A DNA stretch of 32,000 bases, from assembly GCF_001457615.1 (NCBI RefSeq), contig NZ_LN831024.1, positions 3,810,001 to 3,842,000 on the forward strand. The letters are read 5' to 3'. Both the position numbers and the translations under genes were made by a program. Under the pieces are notes generated by a model. The model was given only the letters and a program-made list of their open reading frames with translations. It ran no database searches and had not been told where the DNA came from. Positions 19,898 to 30,504 of this stretch are shown here, piece after piece (within the stretch, counting starts at the first letter, position 1; each line of letters starts with the position of its first letter). The DNA comes from Pseudomonas aeruginosa. GTDB lineage: Bacteria; Pseudomonadota; Gammaproteobacteria; Pseudomonadales; Pseudomonadaceae.

Positions 19898-20136
19898 TAC
19901 GCCGGGGGGCGCCCTGGCGCCCCGCGCTCGCTCCTTGCGCCCCATCTTCCGTCTGGTCGAGCCGACCTGGCCATTAATGACTTCGAAATGGCCAGGAATG
20001 ACCTCCCGCTGTTGGACAATCCTGCAATAATTACATCAGCTAATGACACATTCAGAGGTGTTATAGCGAACTCGCCATAGGGAACCCGAGGAAACCTGTG
20101 CGTTTCCCCTCCCCAGAACAACAAAAGGAGTTAGCC

Positions 20137-20973
20137 ATGACTGCCACTGGCACCGCCTCCCCGGTTCGCGCCAATTTCCCCGTGCGGCGGATGGATTTCA
20201 GCTTCAGCGAAACCCCGAAGTACTGGTGGGACGGCCAACCCTTCATGACCCAGTTCATGAACAACCTGTCTTCGCTTTTCCCCTACGGCGAAAAATTCTT
20301 CGTCGATAGCGTGCGCGCGGTGCGCGACCGCTTGGAGGATCCGCAACTGAAGAAGGACGTCAGCGCCTTCATCGGCCAGGAGGCGATGCACTCGAAGGAG
20401 CATGCCGCCTACAACGAATATGCCGAGGAGCACGGGGTCGACCTGGAGTGCCTCGAACTGCGGATCAAGGTCCTGCTGGAAAACGTCAGCAAGGTCACCA
20501 CCAGGAAACACCAGTTGGCGATCACCTGCGCCCTCGAGCATTTCACCGCGACCATGGCCGCGCAGCTGCTCAAGCGCGAAGACCTGACCATCCAGATGCA
20601 GTCGCCGAAGATGTACAAGCTGTGGATGTGGCATGCCATCGAGGAGAACGAACACAAGAATGTCGCCTACGATGTGTACCAGAAAGTCTACGGCGGCTAC
20701 TTCACCCGGGTTCTGGTGATGATGCTGACCACCCTGATGTTCTTCGGCGTCATCGGCTGGTTCCAGCTCGACCTGCTACGCAAGGACGGCCAATTGTTCA
20801 ACTGGCGCTCCTGGAAGCATGGCCTGGGCACCCTGTTCGGCCTGCGCAAGGGCTTCTTCACCCGCCTGCTGCTGCCCTACCTGGACTACTACCGGCCGGG
20901 CTTCCACCCCAGCGACCACGACACCGCGAAACTGGAGAAATACTGGAAGGACAAACTGGCCTTCGCCGATTGA
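20137..20973 (+). CDS. Predicted metal-dependent hydrolase (Metal_hydrol/DUF-type), 278 aa
   Basis: ATG at 20137 preceded by AAGGAG. His/Glu-rich motifs GQEAMHSKEH and WHAIEENEHKNVAYD. C-terminal hydrophobic helices. Confidence 0.75.
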   Translation: MTATGTASPVRANFPVRRMDFSFSETPKYWWDGQPFMTQFMNNLSSLFPYGEKFFVDSVRAVRDRLEDPQLKKDVSAFIGQEAMHSKEHAAYNEYAEEHGVDLECLELRIKVLLENVSKVTTRKHQLAITCALEHFTATMAAQLLKREDLTIQMQSPKMYKLWMWHAIEENEHKNVAYDVYQKVYGGYFTRVLVMMLTTLMFFGVIGWFQLDLLRKDGQLFNWRSWKHGLGTLFGLRKGFFTRLLLPYLDYYRPGFHPSDHDTAKLEKYWKDKLAFAD

Positions 20974-21004
20974 AGCCCGCCTCCGCCAGTGCCGCTCCGC
21001 CCCC

Positions 21005-21034
21005 GACGCCAGGCCCCGCCTGGCGTTTCTTATT
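21005..21034 (+). terminator. Rho-independent terminator after the hydrolase gene
   Basis: Stem ACGCCAGG / CCTGGCGT with CCCCG loop, followed by TTTCTTATT. Confidence 0.7.
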
Positions 21035-21381
21035 CGAGAGAAGAACAGGATATTGCACACGGAAAAGCCTCCGTTTCGACTAGCGTTCCTGAATCCGCCA
21101 TTTTACGGAGGAAATAATTAGTCAATTCCTATCGATTGGCTTTTTACGATGCCCTGAGGTAATATAATGTTCATTATGTTGAACACCAAGGCATTACCTC
21201 TCCCCACTTCCCGTCTGGTCTCCCGCGAGCGTCACTGGACCGGCGACCTCTAGCTCCCTCCCTCGACACCTGCTGTCGGTGGCGACCGCCCCTGCGCTTC
21301 GCGGTCTTTCCCGCCCCTCGCCACCGCTCTTCGTCATCTTTGGCCGCGGCCTCCATTCCGCGGTGCCCATGGGAGGGCAAC

Positions 21382-21750
21382 ATGCGTTCCTGGATCTATC
21401 TGTTACTGGCTATCGGCGCCGAAGTGATCGGCACCACCTCGATGAAACTGGCCGCCACCCACGCCCCTGTCGCAGGCATGCTGCTGATGTACGGGATGAT
21501 CGGCCTGTCCTATTTCTTCCTCGCCCTGGCGGTCAAGCGTGTCCCCGTCGGAGTCGCCTACGCCCTTTGGGAAGGCATTGGCATCGTCCTGATCACGGCG
21601 GTCAGCGTCGCCTGGCTGGGCGAAAGCATCGGCCTGTACAAGGCCGTCGGCCTCGGCGTGATGATCGCCGGCATCCTGCTGATCAAGTCCGGCACCCGCA
21701 ACGCCAGCGGCACGCCGGCGCAGTCCCGTGGGGAGGCCGTCACATGCTGA
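21382..21750 (+). CDS. mdtJ: SMR-family transporter subunit, MdtJ-like (spermidine export pair), 122 aa
   Basis: ATG at 21382 preceded by GGGAGGG. Four TM helices with a membrane Glu (AIGAEVIGT). [13 protein letters not shown] and LLIKSGTR closely resemble E. coli MdtJ as I recall it. Confidence 0.85.
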   Translation: MRSWIYLLLAIGAEVIGTTSMKLAATHAPVAGMLLMYGMIGLSYFFLALAVKRVPVGVAYALWEGIGIVLITAVSVAWLGESIGLYKAVGLGVMIAGILLIKSGTRNASGTPAQSRGEAVTC

Positions 21751-22073
21751 CCCTGAACTGGATTCCCTTCGCCTGGCTCGGCCTGGCAATCGCCCTCGAG
21801 GTCGTCGCCAACCTGCTGTTGAAATACTCCGACGGTTTCCGCAGGCGCGGCCTCGGGATCGCCTCGATCCTCTGCGTGATGGCCGCCTTCACCGCGCTGG
21901 CGCAGGCGGTGAAGGACATCGAGCTGTCACTCGCCTATGCGATCTGGGGCGGCTTCGGCATCCTCGCCACCGTCGCCATGGGCTGGGCGCTGTTCGGCCA
22001 GCGCCTGGCCTGGCGCGGCTGGCTCGGCCTGTTGCTGCTGCTGGCCGGCATGAGCCTGCTCAAGCTGGCCTGA
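21744..22073 (+). CDS. mdtI: SMR-family transporter subunit, MdtI-like, 109 aa
   Basis: The ATG at 21744 overlaps the mdtJ stop. [18 protein letters not shown] and [10 protein letters not shown]...LFGQRL...LLLLAGM closely resemble E. coli MdtI, which is the same length. Confidence 0.85.
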   Translation: MLTLNWIPFAWLGLAIALEVVANLLLKYSDGFRRRGLGIASILCVMAAFTALAQAVKDIELSLAYAIWGGFGILATVAMGWALFGQRLAWRGWLGLLLLLAGMSLLKLA

Positions 22074-22775
22074 CGCCTCGGCGTCCAACGAAACGCCCAT
22101 CATCTGCAGGACCGCGGCGCCGGTGAACAACAGCAGTATCTGTTCCTCACCCAGGGCGCAGATTTCCCGACGCCGCTCCGGCTGGCCGATATAGTCCAGC
22201 GACAACTGAAACAGCTGGCGGCCGATCAGGCTGGAGAGGCGACGGATGGTCGCCTCGCTCACCGCCGGCAACAACCTGAATTCGATGATGTCCTCCGACA
22301 TGTCCTCGGCGAACTCATCCATGATCTGACGCAGGGCACCACGCAGCACCGGCGAAGCCCCATGCAGTTCGCGCACGCCGACGATGAACGCGGCGGGATT
22401 GCTCTCCACGAAGTCGAAGAACAGCCGCACCGTCTCCCGGCAGACCCGCCGCCCCCTTTCCAGGTCCAGCCCGAACGGCGTCGTCTGCGCTCGGGCGCCG
22501 GGCGCCGCACGAGTCGCGGCCTCGCGGCGAAGCTGGCGCAGCGGCTGGCGCAGCTGGGTAGAGATGTCGCGGATCATGGTCAGGCCAAGATCGTCGATAT
22601 CGCGGAAATGCCGATAGAAGGTGTTCGGATTCAGGCCCGCCTCGCGCGCCAGCTCGCGCAAGCCGATGGCCCCCAGGCTGCGGCTGCTGCTGCCCAGGCG
22701 CAAGGCCGCCTCCAGCAAGGCGCGTTTGCCGGGAGCGTCGGCAACCCTGTCCTTCGTTTCGTTCATATCGCTCAT
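21927..22775 (-). CDS. TetR-family transcriptional regulator
   Basis: N-terminal [28 protein letters not shown]. The start is uncertain (ATG at 22775 preferred; 22766, 22796 and 22805 are possible). There is no in-frame stop until 21927, so the 3' end overlaps mdtI. Confidence 0.8.
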   Translation of the reverse strand: MSDMNETKDRVADAPGKRALLEAALRLGSSSRSLGAIGLRELAREAGLNPNTFYRHFRDIDDLGLTMIRDISTQLRQPLRQLRREAATRAAPGARAQTTPFGLDLERGRRVCRETVRLFFDFVESNPAAFIVGVRELHGASPVLRGALRQIMDEFAEDMSEDIIEFRLLPAVSEATIRRLSSLIGRQLFQLSLDYIGQPERRREICALGEEQILLLFTGAAVLQMMGVSLDAEASGQLEQAHAGQQQQQAEPAAPGQALAEQRPAHGDGGEDAEAAPDRIGE

Positions 22776-22856
22776 GTTCCACCTGGTTGTTTCCATGCGC
22801 CACAAGTTCGGCCGTTGCGCCGCGCCGACCCTACCTAAGGTTGGCTTGACCCTGAA

Positions 22857-22896
22857 GTATACAGATGTCTACATTCGCAGGTAGACGAGTGTATAC
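22857..22896. promoter_or_regulatory. Candidate TetR operator overlapping a putative BVMO promoter
   Basis: Inverted repeat GTATACagatGTCTAC-8 nt-GTAGACgagtGTATAC, with 12 of 16 positions matching per arm. TTGACC (22846-22851) and TACATT (22870-22875) are separated by an 18-nt spacer. Confidence 0.5.
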
Positions 22897-22927
22897 GCCA
22901 GCAAACAATCATAACAGGAGCTTGGCC

Positions 22928-24472
22928 ATGAGTACCCAACCCACCCCTGCCGCCGCCCGGCACTGCAAGGTCGCCATCATCGGCACCGGTTTCTCCGGGC
23001 TGGGGATGGCGATCCGTCTCCGCCAGGAAGGCGAGGACGACTTCCTGATCTTCGAAAAGGACGCCGGCGTCGGCGGCACCTGGAGAGTCAACAACTACCC
23101 TGGTTGCGCCTGCGACGTGCAATCCCACGTCTATTCCTTCTCCTTCGAAGCGAACCCGGAGTGGACGCGGATGTTCGCCCGCCAGCCGGAAATCCGCGCC
23201 TATCTGGAGAAGTGCTGGGAAAAATACCGCTTGCAGGAAAAGACCCTGCTGAACACCGAGATCGGCAAACTGGCCTGGGACGAGCGGCAAAGCCTCTGGC
23301 ACCTGCATGACGCCCAGGGCAACCATTACACCGCGAACGCCGTGGTTTCCGGCATGGGCGGCCTGTCCACCCCGGCCTATCCACGCCTCGATGGCCTGGA
23401 GAACTTCCAGGGCAAGGTCTTCCATTCCCAGCAGTGGGACCATGACTACGACCTCAAGGGCAAGCGCGTGGCGGTGATCGGCACCGGCGCCTCGGCGATC
23501 CAGTTCGTCCCGGAGATCCAGCCGCTGGTGGCCGCGCTCGATCTCTACCAGCGCACTCCGCCATGGATCCTGCCCAAACCCGACCGGGCAATCAGCGAAA
23601 CCGAGCGCCGGCGCTTCCGGCGCTTCCCGCTGGTGCAGAAGCTCTGGCGCGGCGGCCTCTACAGCCTGCTCGAAGGGCGGGTGCTGGGCTTCACCTTCGC
23701 CCCGCAGGTAATGAAGCTGGTGCAGCGCCTGGCGATCCGCCACATCCACAAGCAGATCAAGGATCCGGAACTGCGCCGCAAGGTCACGCCGGACTACACC
23801 ATCGGCTGCAAGCGCATCCTCATGTCGCACAACTACTACCCTGCCCTGGCTGCCGCCAACTCCACGGTGATCACCGAAGGCATCCGCGCCGTCACCGCCA
23901 ATGGAATCGTCGACGGCAACGGCCGGGAACGCGAGGTCGACGCGATCATCTTCGGTACCGGCTTCACCGCCAACGACCCTATCCCCCGCGGAGTGGTCTT
24001 CGGTCGCGACGGCCGCGACCTGCTGGACAGCTGGACCAAGGGCCCGGAAGCCTACAAGGGCACTACCACCGCCGGCTTCCCCAACCTGTTCTTCCTGATG
24101 GGACCGAACACCGGCCTCGGCCACAACTCGATGGTCTACATGATCGAGTCGCAGATCGCCTACGTCCTCGATGCGCTGAAGCTGATGAAGCGCCGCGAAC
24201 TGCTCAGTCTCGAGGTCAAGGCCCCGGTGCAGGAACGCTACAACGAATACCTCCAGCGCAAGCTGGACCGCAGCGTCTGGAGCGTGGGCGGTTGCAAGAG
24301 CTGGTACCTGCATCCGGTCAGCGGCCGCAACTGCACCCTGTGGCCGGGATTCACCTGGCGCTTCCGTGCCCTGACCCGGCAGTTCGACGCCTCCGCCTAC
24401 CACCTCACCACGACACCGCTCGCCGCCCTGAGCAACGAAGCCCGCCAACAGGCCGAAGGGGTACCCGCATGA
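22928..24472 (+). CDS. Baeyer-Villiger-type flavin-containing monooxygenase, 514 aa
   Basis: CAGGAG lies upstream of the ATG at 22928. FAD motif GTGFSG, BVMO fingerprint FQGKVFHSQQWD (FxGxxxHxxxWD) and NADPH motif GTGASA. Confidence 0.9.
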   Translation: MSTQPTPAAARHCKVAIIGTGFSGLGMAIRLRQEGEDDFLIFEKDAGVGGTWRVNNYPGCACDVQSHVYSFSFEANPEWTRMFARQPEIRAYLEKCWEKYRLQEKTLLNTEIGKLAWDERQSLWHLHDAQGNHYTANAVVSGMGGLSTPAYPRLDGLENFQGKVFHSQQWDHDYDLKGKRVAVIGTGASAIQFVPEIQPLVAALDLYQRTPPWILPKPDRAISETERRRFRRFPLVQKLWRGGLYSLLEGRVLGFTFAPQVMKLVQRLAIRHIHKQIKDPELRRKVTPDYTIGCKRILMSHNYYPALAAANSTVITEGIRAVTANGIVDGNGREREVDAIIFGTGFTANDPIPRGVVFGRDGRDLLDSWTKGPEAYKGTTTAGFPNLFFLMGPNTGLGHNSMVYMIESQIAYVLDALKLMKRRELLSLEVKAPVQERYNEYLQRKLDRSVWSVGGCKSWYLHPVSGRNCTLWPGFTWRFRALTRQFDASAYHLTTTPLAALSNEARQQAEGVPA

Positions 24473-25356
24473 AGTCGTTCGAAAACAAAGTCGCCGCCAT
24501 CACCGGCGCAGGCTCGGGCATCGGTCGCGCCCTGGCCGTGGAGCTGGGCAGGCAGGGTTGTCACCTGGCCCTGGCCGACGTCAATGCCGCAGCTCTCGAG
24601 GAAACCCGCCAATTGCTCGCCAGCAGCGGGGTACGCGTCTCCACCGCGGTCGTCGACGTGGCCGACCGCGAGCAGGTGCAGGCCTGGGCCGACAAGGCGG
24701 CCAGCGAACATGGCCGGGTGAACCTGATCTTCAACAACGCGGGCGTCGCCCACGCAGGTACCGTGGAAGGCAGCGACTACTCGGAATACGAGTGGATCAT
24801 GAACATCAACTTCTGGGGCGTGGTGAACGGTACCAAGGCGTTCCTTCCGCACCTGAAGGCCTCCGGCAACGGCCACGTGGTCAATGTCTCCAGCGTCTTC
24901 GGGCTGTTCGCCCAGCCCGGCATGAGCGCCTACAACGCCACCAAGTACGCGGTGCGCGGCTTCACCGAGTCGTTGCGCCAGGAACTGGACATGGAGGACT
25001 CCGGCGTCTCCGCCAGTTGCGTGCATCCCGGCGGGATCAAGACCAACATCGCCAAGACCGCGCGAATGAACGAGAGCATGGCCAAGGTCACCGGCCAGGC
25101 TCCGGACAAGGCTCGCGAGCAATTCAACGACCAGTTGCTGCGGACCACCCCGGAGAAGGCCGCCCAGGTCATCCTGCGCGGCGTGCAGCGCGACAGCCGG
25201 CGCATCCTGATCGGCACCGACGCCCACGCGATCGACGTGATGCTGCGCCTGGCACCAGTGCTCTACCAGCGCCTGGTCACCGCCAGCATGCGCCTGGCAG
25301 CGCGCTTCGCGCCGCGCCCGAAGAGCCCCCAGGGCGCCCGCGAAGCCAGCGAGTGA
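24469..25356 (+). CDS. Short-chain dehydrogenase/reductase, 295 aa
   Basis: The ATG overlaps the BVMO stop (ATGA). Motifs TGAGSGIG, NNAG and catalytic YNATK. Confidence 0.9.
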   Translation: MKSFENKVAAITGAGSGIGRALAVELGRQGCHLALADVNAAALEETRQLLASSGVRVSTAVVDVADREQVQAWADKAASEHGRVNLIFNNAGVAHAGTVEGSDYSEYEWIMNINFWGVVNGTKAFLPHLKASGNGHVVNVSSVFGLFAQPGMSAYNATKYAVRGFTESLRQELDMEDSGVSASCVHPGGIKTNIAKTARMNESMAKVTGQAPDKAREQFNDQLLRTTPEKAAQVILRGVQRDSRRILIGTDAHAIDVMLRLAPVLYQRLVTASMRLAARFAPRPKSPQGAREASE

Positions 25357-25429
25357 ACAGGCCCGCCGGGTAGCCGCTAGGCTGCCCGGCACGTCATACT
25401 CGACGGCCAGTCTCCAGGGCACGGCCGTC

Positions 25430-25969
25430 ATGAACCCTCCCCTTCCTCACTTCCGCTACCATCCCGAACCGCTCGCCAGCGGCAGCATCGAGGCTTCCGC
25501 CACCACCTGCCAGTGCTGTGGCAAGGCTCGTGGCTACGTCTACACCGGTTCGCCCTATTCCCGCCACGAGTTGCCGCCCGGCAGCCTTTGCCCCTGGTGC
25601 ATAGCCGACGGCAGCGCGGCCGCGCGCTACGAAGCGAGCTTTTCCGACGACTATCCGCTGCTCGACGCCGGCGTCGCCGCGGATATCGTCACCGAAGTCT
25701 GCGAGCGCACGCCCGGCTACACCTCCTGGCAGCAGGAGCGCTGGCTGGTTTGCTGCGAGGATGCCTGCGCCTTTCGCGGCGACGCGGGGCGTGAGGAAAT
25801 CGGGCAACTGGGAGCCGAGGGCCTGGCGCAGCGTTTCGCCGACTTCGCCTGGCCGGCTATCACCTGGCAACGCCTCGTCGACGCCTATACGCCCGGCGGC
25901 AATCCGGCCATCTACCGCTTCGACTGCCTGCACTGTGGCCAGGCGCATTACGACCTGGACTTCACCTGA
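25430..25969 (+). CDS. CbrC-family (UPF0167) protein, 179 aa
   Basis: Motifs FRYHPEPLASGSI, CQCCG and CPWCIADGSAA are typical of the CbrC/YieJ family as I recall it. Confidence 0.7.
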   Translation: MNPPLPHFRYHPEPLASGSIEASATTCQCCGKARGYVYTGSPYSRHELPPGSLCPWCIADGSAAARYEASFSDDYPLLDAGVAADIVTEVCERTPGYTSWQQERWLVCCEDACAFRGDAGREEIGQLGAEGLAQRFADFAWPAITWQRLVDAYTPGGNPAIYRFDCLHCGQAHYDLDFT

Positions 25970-25981
25970 TAGAACGCGGCC

Positions 25982-27130
25982 CTACAACCCCATCTGCTTG
26001 CCGATGATCTCGTTCATGATTTCCCGCGAACCGCCGCCGATGGAGAGAATCCGGTTGTCGCGATACAGCCGCTCCACCAGGCTTTCGCGCATGTAGCCCA
26101 TGCCGCCGAGCACCTGCACGGCATCATAGGTCAGGCGATCGGCGACATCGGTGGCGAAGTTCTTGGCCATCGATATCTCCTTGATCACGCTCTTGCCGGC
26201 GGCCATCTTCGCTGCCTGGCGATAGGTGAACTCCCGGGAAACCTCCAGTTGCGTGGCCATTTCCGCGAGACGATGGCGCAGCACCTGGAACTTGCCGATC
26301 GGTTTGCCGAACGCTTCTCGCTCGCGCGCCCAGCGCAGCGACTCCTCCAGAGCCAGTTGCGCGGTCATGTTGGCCATCACCGCCAGGGCCAGGCGCTCGC
26401 TCTGGAAATTGGCCATGATGCAGGCGAAGCCGGCATTCTCCACGCCGATGAGGTTTTCCGCAGGCACCCGGCAGTCGTCGAAGAACAGTTCGGCGGTATC
26501 CGACGCCCACCAGCCCATCTTCTTCAGCTTGCGGCCGACACTGAACCCGGCAGTGCCCTTCTCCACCAGCAGCAGGCTGATGCCGGCGAAACCCTCGCCG
26601 CCGGTACGCACCGCCACCGTGTAGTAGTCCGCGCGCACGCCGCTGGTGATGAAGGTCTTGCTGCCGCTGACGCGATAGTGATCGCCATCGCGCACCGCAC
26701 GGGTCTTCAGGTTGGCCACGTCGGAGCCGCCAGAGGGCTCGGTGACCGCCAGGGCCATGATCTTCTCGCCGCGCAGCACCGCCGGCACTACCCGCTCGCG
26801 CACCTCGGGACGGGCCCACTTGACCACCGGAGGCAAGCCGATATCCAGCGATCCCAACCCGGCGACCAAGCCGCCGGAACCGCAGCGCATGAGCTCTTCG
26901 CTGGCCGCCACCTTGGCGAACAGATCGCCTTCGCAACTGCCGCCGTAGGCTTCCGGGTAGCCGATGCCGAGGATCCCGGCCGCGCCGGCCTTGAGATAGA
27001 GTTCGCGGGGAAATTCCTCGGCCTCCTCCCATTCATCGATGTACGGCAACACCTCGCGCTCGACGAAACGGCGAACCGAATCCCGGATCAGTTGATGGGA
27101 CTCGTCGAAGTACTGCTGGAAGTCAGTCAT
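25982..27130 (-). CDS. Acyl-CoA dehydrogenase, 382 aa
   Basis: Full ACAD architecture: MALAVTEPSGGSD, GSKTFITSG and a C-terminal GGMGYMRE...IGGGSREIMNEII. AGGAG lies 8 nt upstream of the ATG. Confidence 0.92.
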   Translation of the reverse strand: MTDFQQYFDESHQLIRDSVRRFVEREVLPYIDEWEEAEEFPRELYLKAGAAGILGIGYPEAYGGSCEGDLFAKVAASEELMRCGSGGLVAGLGSLDIGLPPVVKWARPEVRERVVPAVLRGEKIMALAVTEPSGGSDVANLKTRAVRDGDHYRVSGSKTFITSGVRADYYTVAVRTGGEGFAGISLLLVEKGTAGFSVGRKLKKMGWWASDTAELFFDDCRVPAENLIGVENAGFACIMANFQSERLALAVMANMTAQLALEESLRWAREREAFGKPIGKFQVLRHRLAEMATQLEVSREFTYRQAAKMAAGKSVIKEISMAKNFATDVADRLTYDAVQVLGGMGYMRESLVERLYRDNRILSIGGGSREIMNEIIGKQMGL

Positions 27131-27252
27131 GGCCGGGCTCCTGATGGGAGCCTCAGAACTTACCTAGCGCTTGCTTGGTTTTCAATACGGGAAACTGGCC
27201 ATCGGCGAGGGCGTATAGGCCGCCCGTCCTACGGATACGGGAGGCACAGAGC

Positions 27253-27849
27253 TCAGGAGATCGGCCGCCGTCCGGCCAGGGCGTGGGCCAAGGTGCCGCC
27301 ATCGACCAGCTCCAGCTCGCCGCCCAGCGGCACGCCATGGGCGATACGCGACAAGGTCAGGCCGCGGCCGGCCAGTAGCTGGGCGATATAGTGGGCGGTG
27401 GCCTCGCCTTCGACGGTGGGGTTGGTGGCGAGGATCACCTCGCTGAAGGCTCCGTCCCTGATCCGCGCTTCCAGTTCGGGAATGCCGATCGCCTCCGGCC
27501 CCAGGCCGTCGAGCGGCGACAGGTGTCCCTTGAGCACGAAATAGCGGCCGCGGTAGCCGGTCTGCTCCACCGCGAATACGTCCAGCGGGCCTTCCACCAC
27601 GCAGAGCAGCGAGTCGTCGCGTCGCGGGTCGGCGCACTGCGGGCACAGCTCCTCCTCGCTGAGGGTACGGCACTGCCGGCAATGACCGACCCCTTCCATC
27701 GCGGCGGTCAACGCCTGGGCCAGCTTCAGGCCGCCGCTGCGATCGCGCTCCAGCAGCATCAGCGCCATGCGCTGGGCCGACTTCTGCCCGACACCGGGAA
27801 GAATGCGCAGGGACTCGATCAGTTGGCGGATCAGCGGGCTGAAACTCAT
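27253..27849 (-). CDS. recR: Recombination protein RecR, 198 aa
   Basis: HhH region [12 protein letters not shown]4 zinc finger [16 protein letters not shown] and a Toprim domain. Confidence 0.95.
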   Translation of the reverse strand: MSFSPLIRQLIESLRILPGVGQKSAQRMALMLLERDRSGGLKLAQALTAAMEGVGHCRQCRTLSEEELCPQCADPRRDDSLLCVVEGPLDVFAVEQTGYRGRYFVLKGHLSPLDGLGPEAIGIPELEARIRDGAFSEVILATNPTVEGEATAHYIAQLLAGRGLTLSRIAHGVPLGGELELVDGGTLAHALAGRRPIS

Positions 27850-27927
27850 GCAGGACTCGTCGGATAGAGGGAGGGGAATGGCTGCCGGGCGCCGTCCGAA
27901 GAAGGCGGACCCGGCACGAACGCGGGA

Positions 27928-28254
27928 TCAGAAGGGCATCTTGAAGCCGGGCGGCAGTTGCATGCCCGAGGTGAAGCCGGACATCTTTTCCTGGTTGTTC
28001 TGCTCGATCTTGCGCACCGCATCGTTGACCGCGGCCGCGATCAGGTCTTCGAGGATTTCCTTGTCTTCCTGCATCAGGCTGTCGTCCAGGCTGACGCGCT
28101 TGACGTCGTGGCGCCCGGTCATCACCACGCTGACCAGACCGGCGCCGGATTGCCCGGTCACTTCGGCGTTGGCCAGTTCTTCCTGCATCTTCTGCATCTT
28201 TTCCTGCATCTGCTGCGCCTGCTTCATCAGGCCGGCCATGCCACCTTTCATCAT
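27928..28254 (-). CDS. ybaB: Nucleoid-associated protein YbaB/EbfC, 108 aa
   Basis: I prefer the ATG at 28254, with GAGG 8 nt upstream, over the GTG at 28263. Sequence [27 protein letters not shown]. Conserved dnaX-ybaB-recR synteny. Confidence 0.9.
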   Translation of the reverse strand: MMKGGMAGLMKQAQQMQEKMQKMQEELANAEVTGQSGAGLVSVVMTGRHDVKRVSLDDSLMQEDKEILEDLIAAAVNDAVRKIEQNNQEKMSGFTSGMQLPPGFKMPF

Positions 28255-28299
28255 GTTCTTCACCTCGAATGTCGTCTTGTTGCGTGCGCCAAGCGCCGG

Positions 28300-30375
<2,076 letters not shown>

Positions 30376-30504
30376 CGAAAACCGTCGCAGAAGGGAAGCA
30401 CAAGTCGGCCAATGCTAGCGCAATTTACCCCTTCTGCGCTCGCCGACTTGGCAAACTGCGTGCTAAGAATTCCCCTGGCCCTTCAGCAGCCCTCGTCGGT
30501 GGCA

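Noticed and set aside
21035-21381. A guanidine riboswitch (ykkC, mini-ykkC or ykkC-III) in front of the SMR genes.
   Set aside because: There are no paired hairpins with ACGR loops and no ykkC or ykkC-III conserved cores. The SMR pair resembles MdtJI (polyamine export) rather than Gdx/SugE.
21174-21383. A 69-aa minus-strand ORF in the mdtJ leader.
   Set aside because: It has no Shine-Dalgarno sequence and an Arg/Gly-rich composition. It runs antisense across the promoter and leader, so the plus-strand uORF is the better candidate.
22239-22253. A fourth perfect GCGAC-N5-GTCGC, inside the TetR coding sequence.
   Set aside because: It lies deep inside a CDS with no promoter context, so it is most simply a chance occurrence favoured by GC-rich codons. 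I keep it as a caveat for the intergenic-enrichment argument.
27850-27927. An imperfect GC-rich stem-loop between ybaB and recR read as an attenuator.
   Set aside because: The pairing is interrupted (GCCGGG...CCCGGC with internal mismatches), and the genes are normally co-transcribed. The evidence is insufficient.
30376-30504. SRP (4.5S/ffs) RNA upstream of dnaX, as in Bacillus.
   Set aside because: Neither strand contains the conserved domain IV core (GGUCCGGAAGGAAGCAGCC-like). The region is better described as interleaved inverted repeats.
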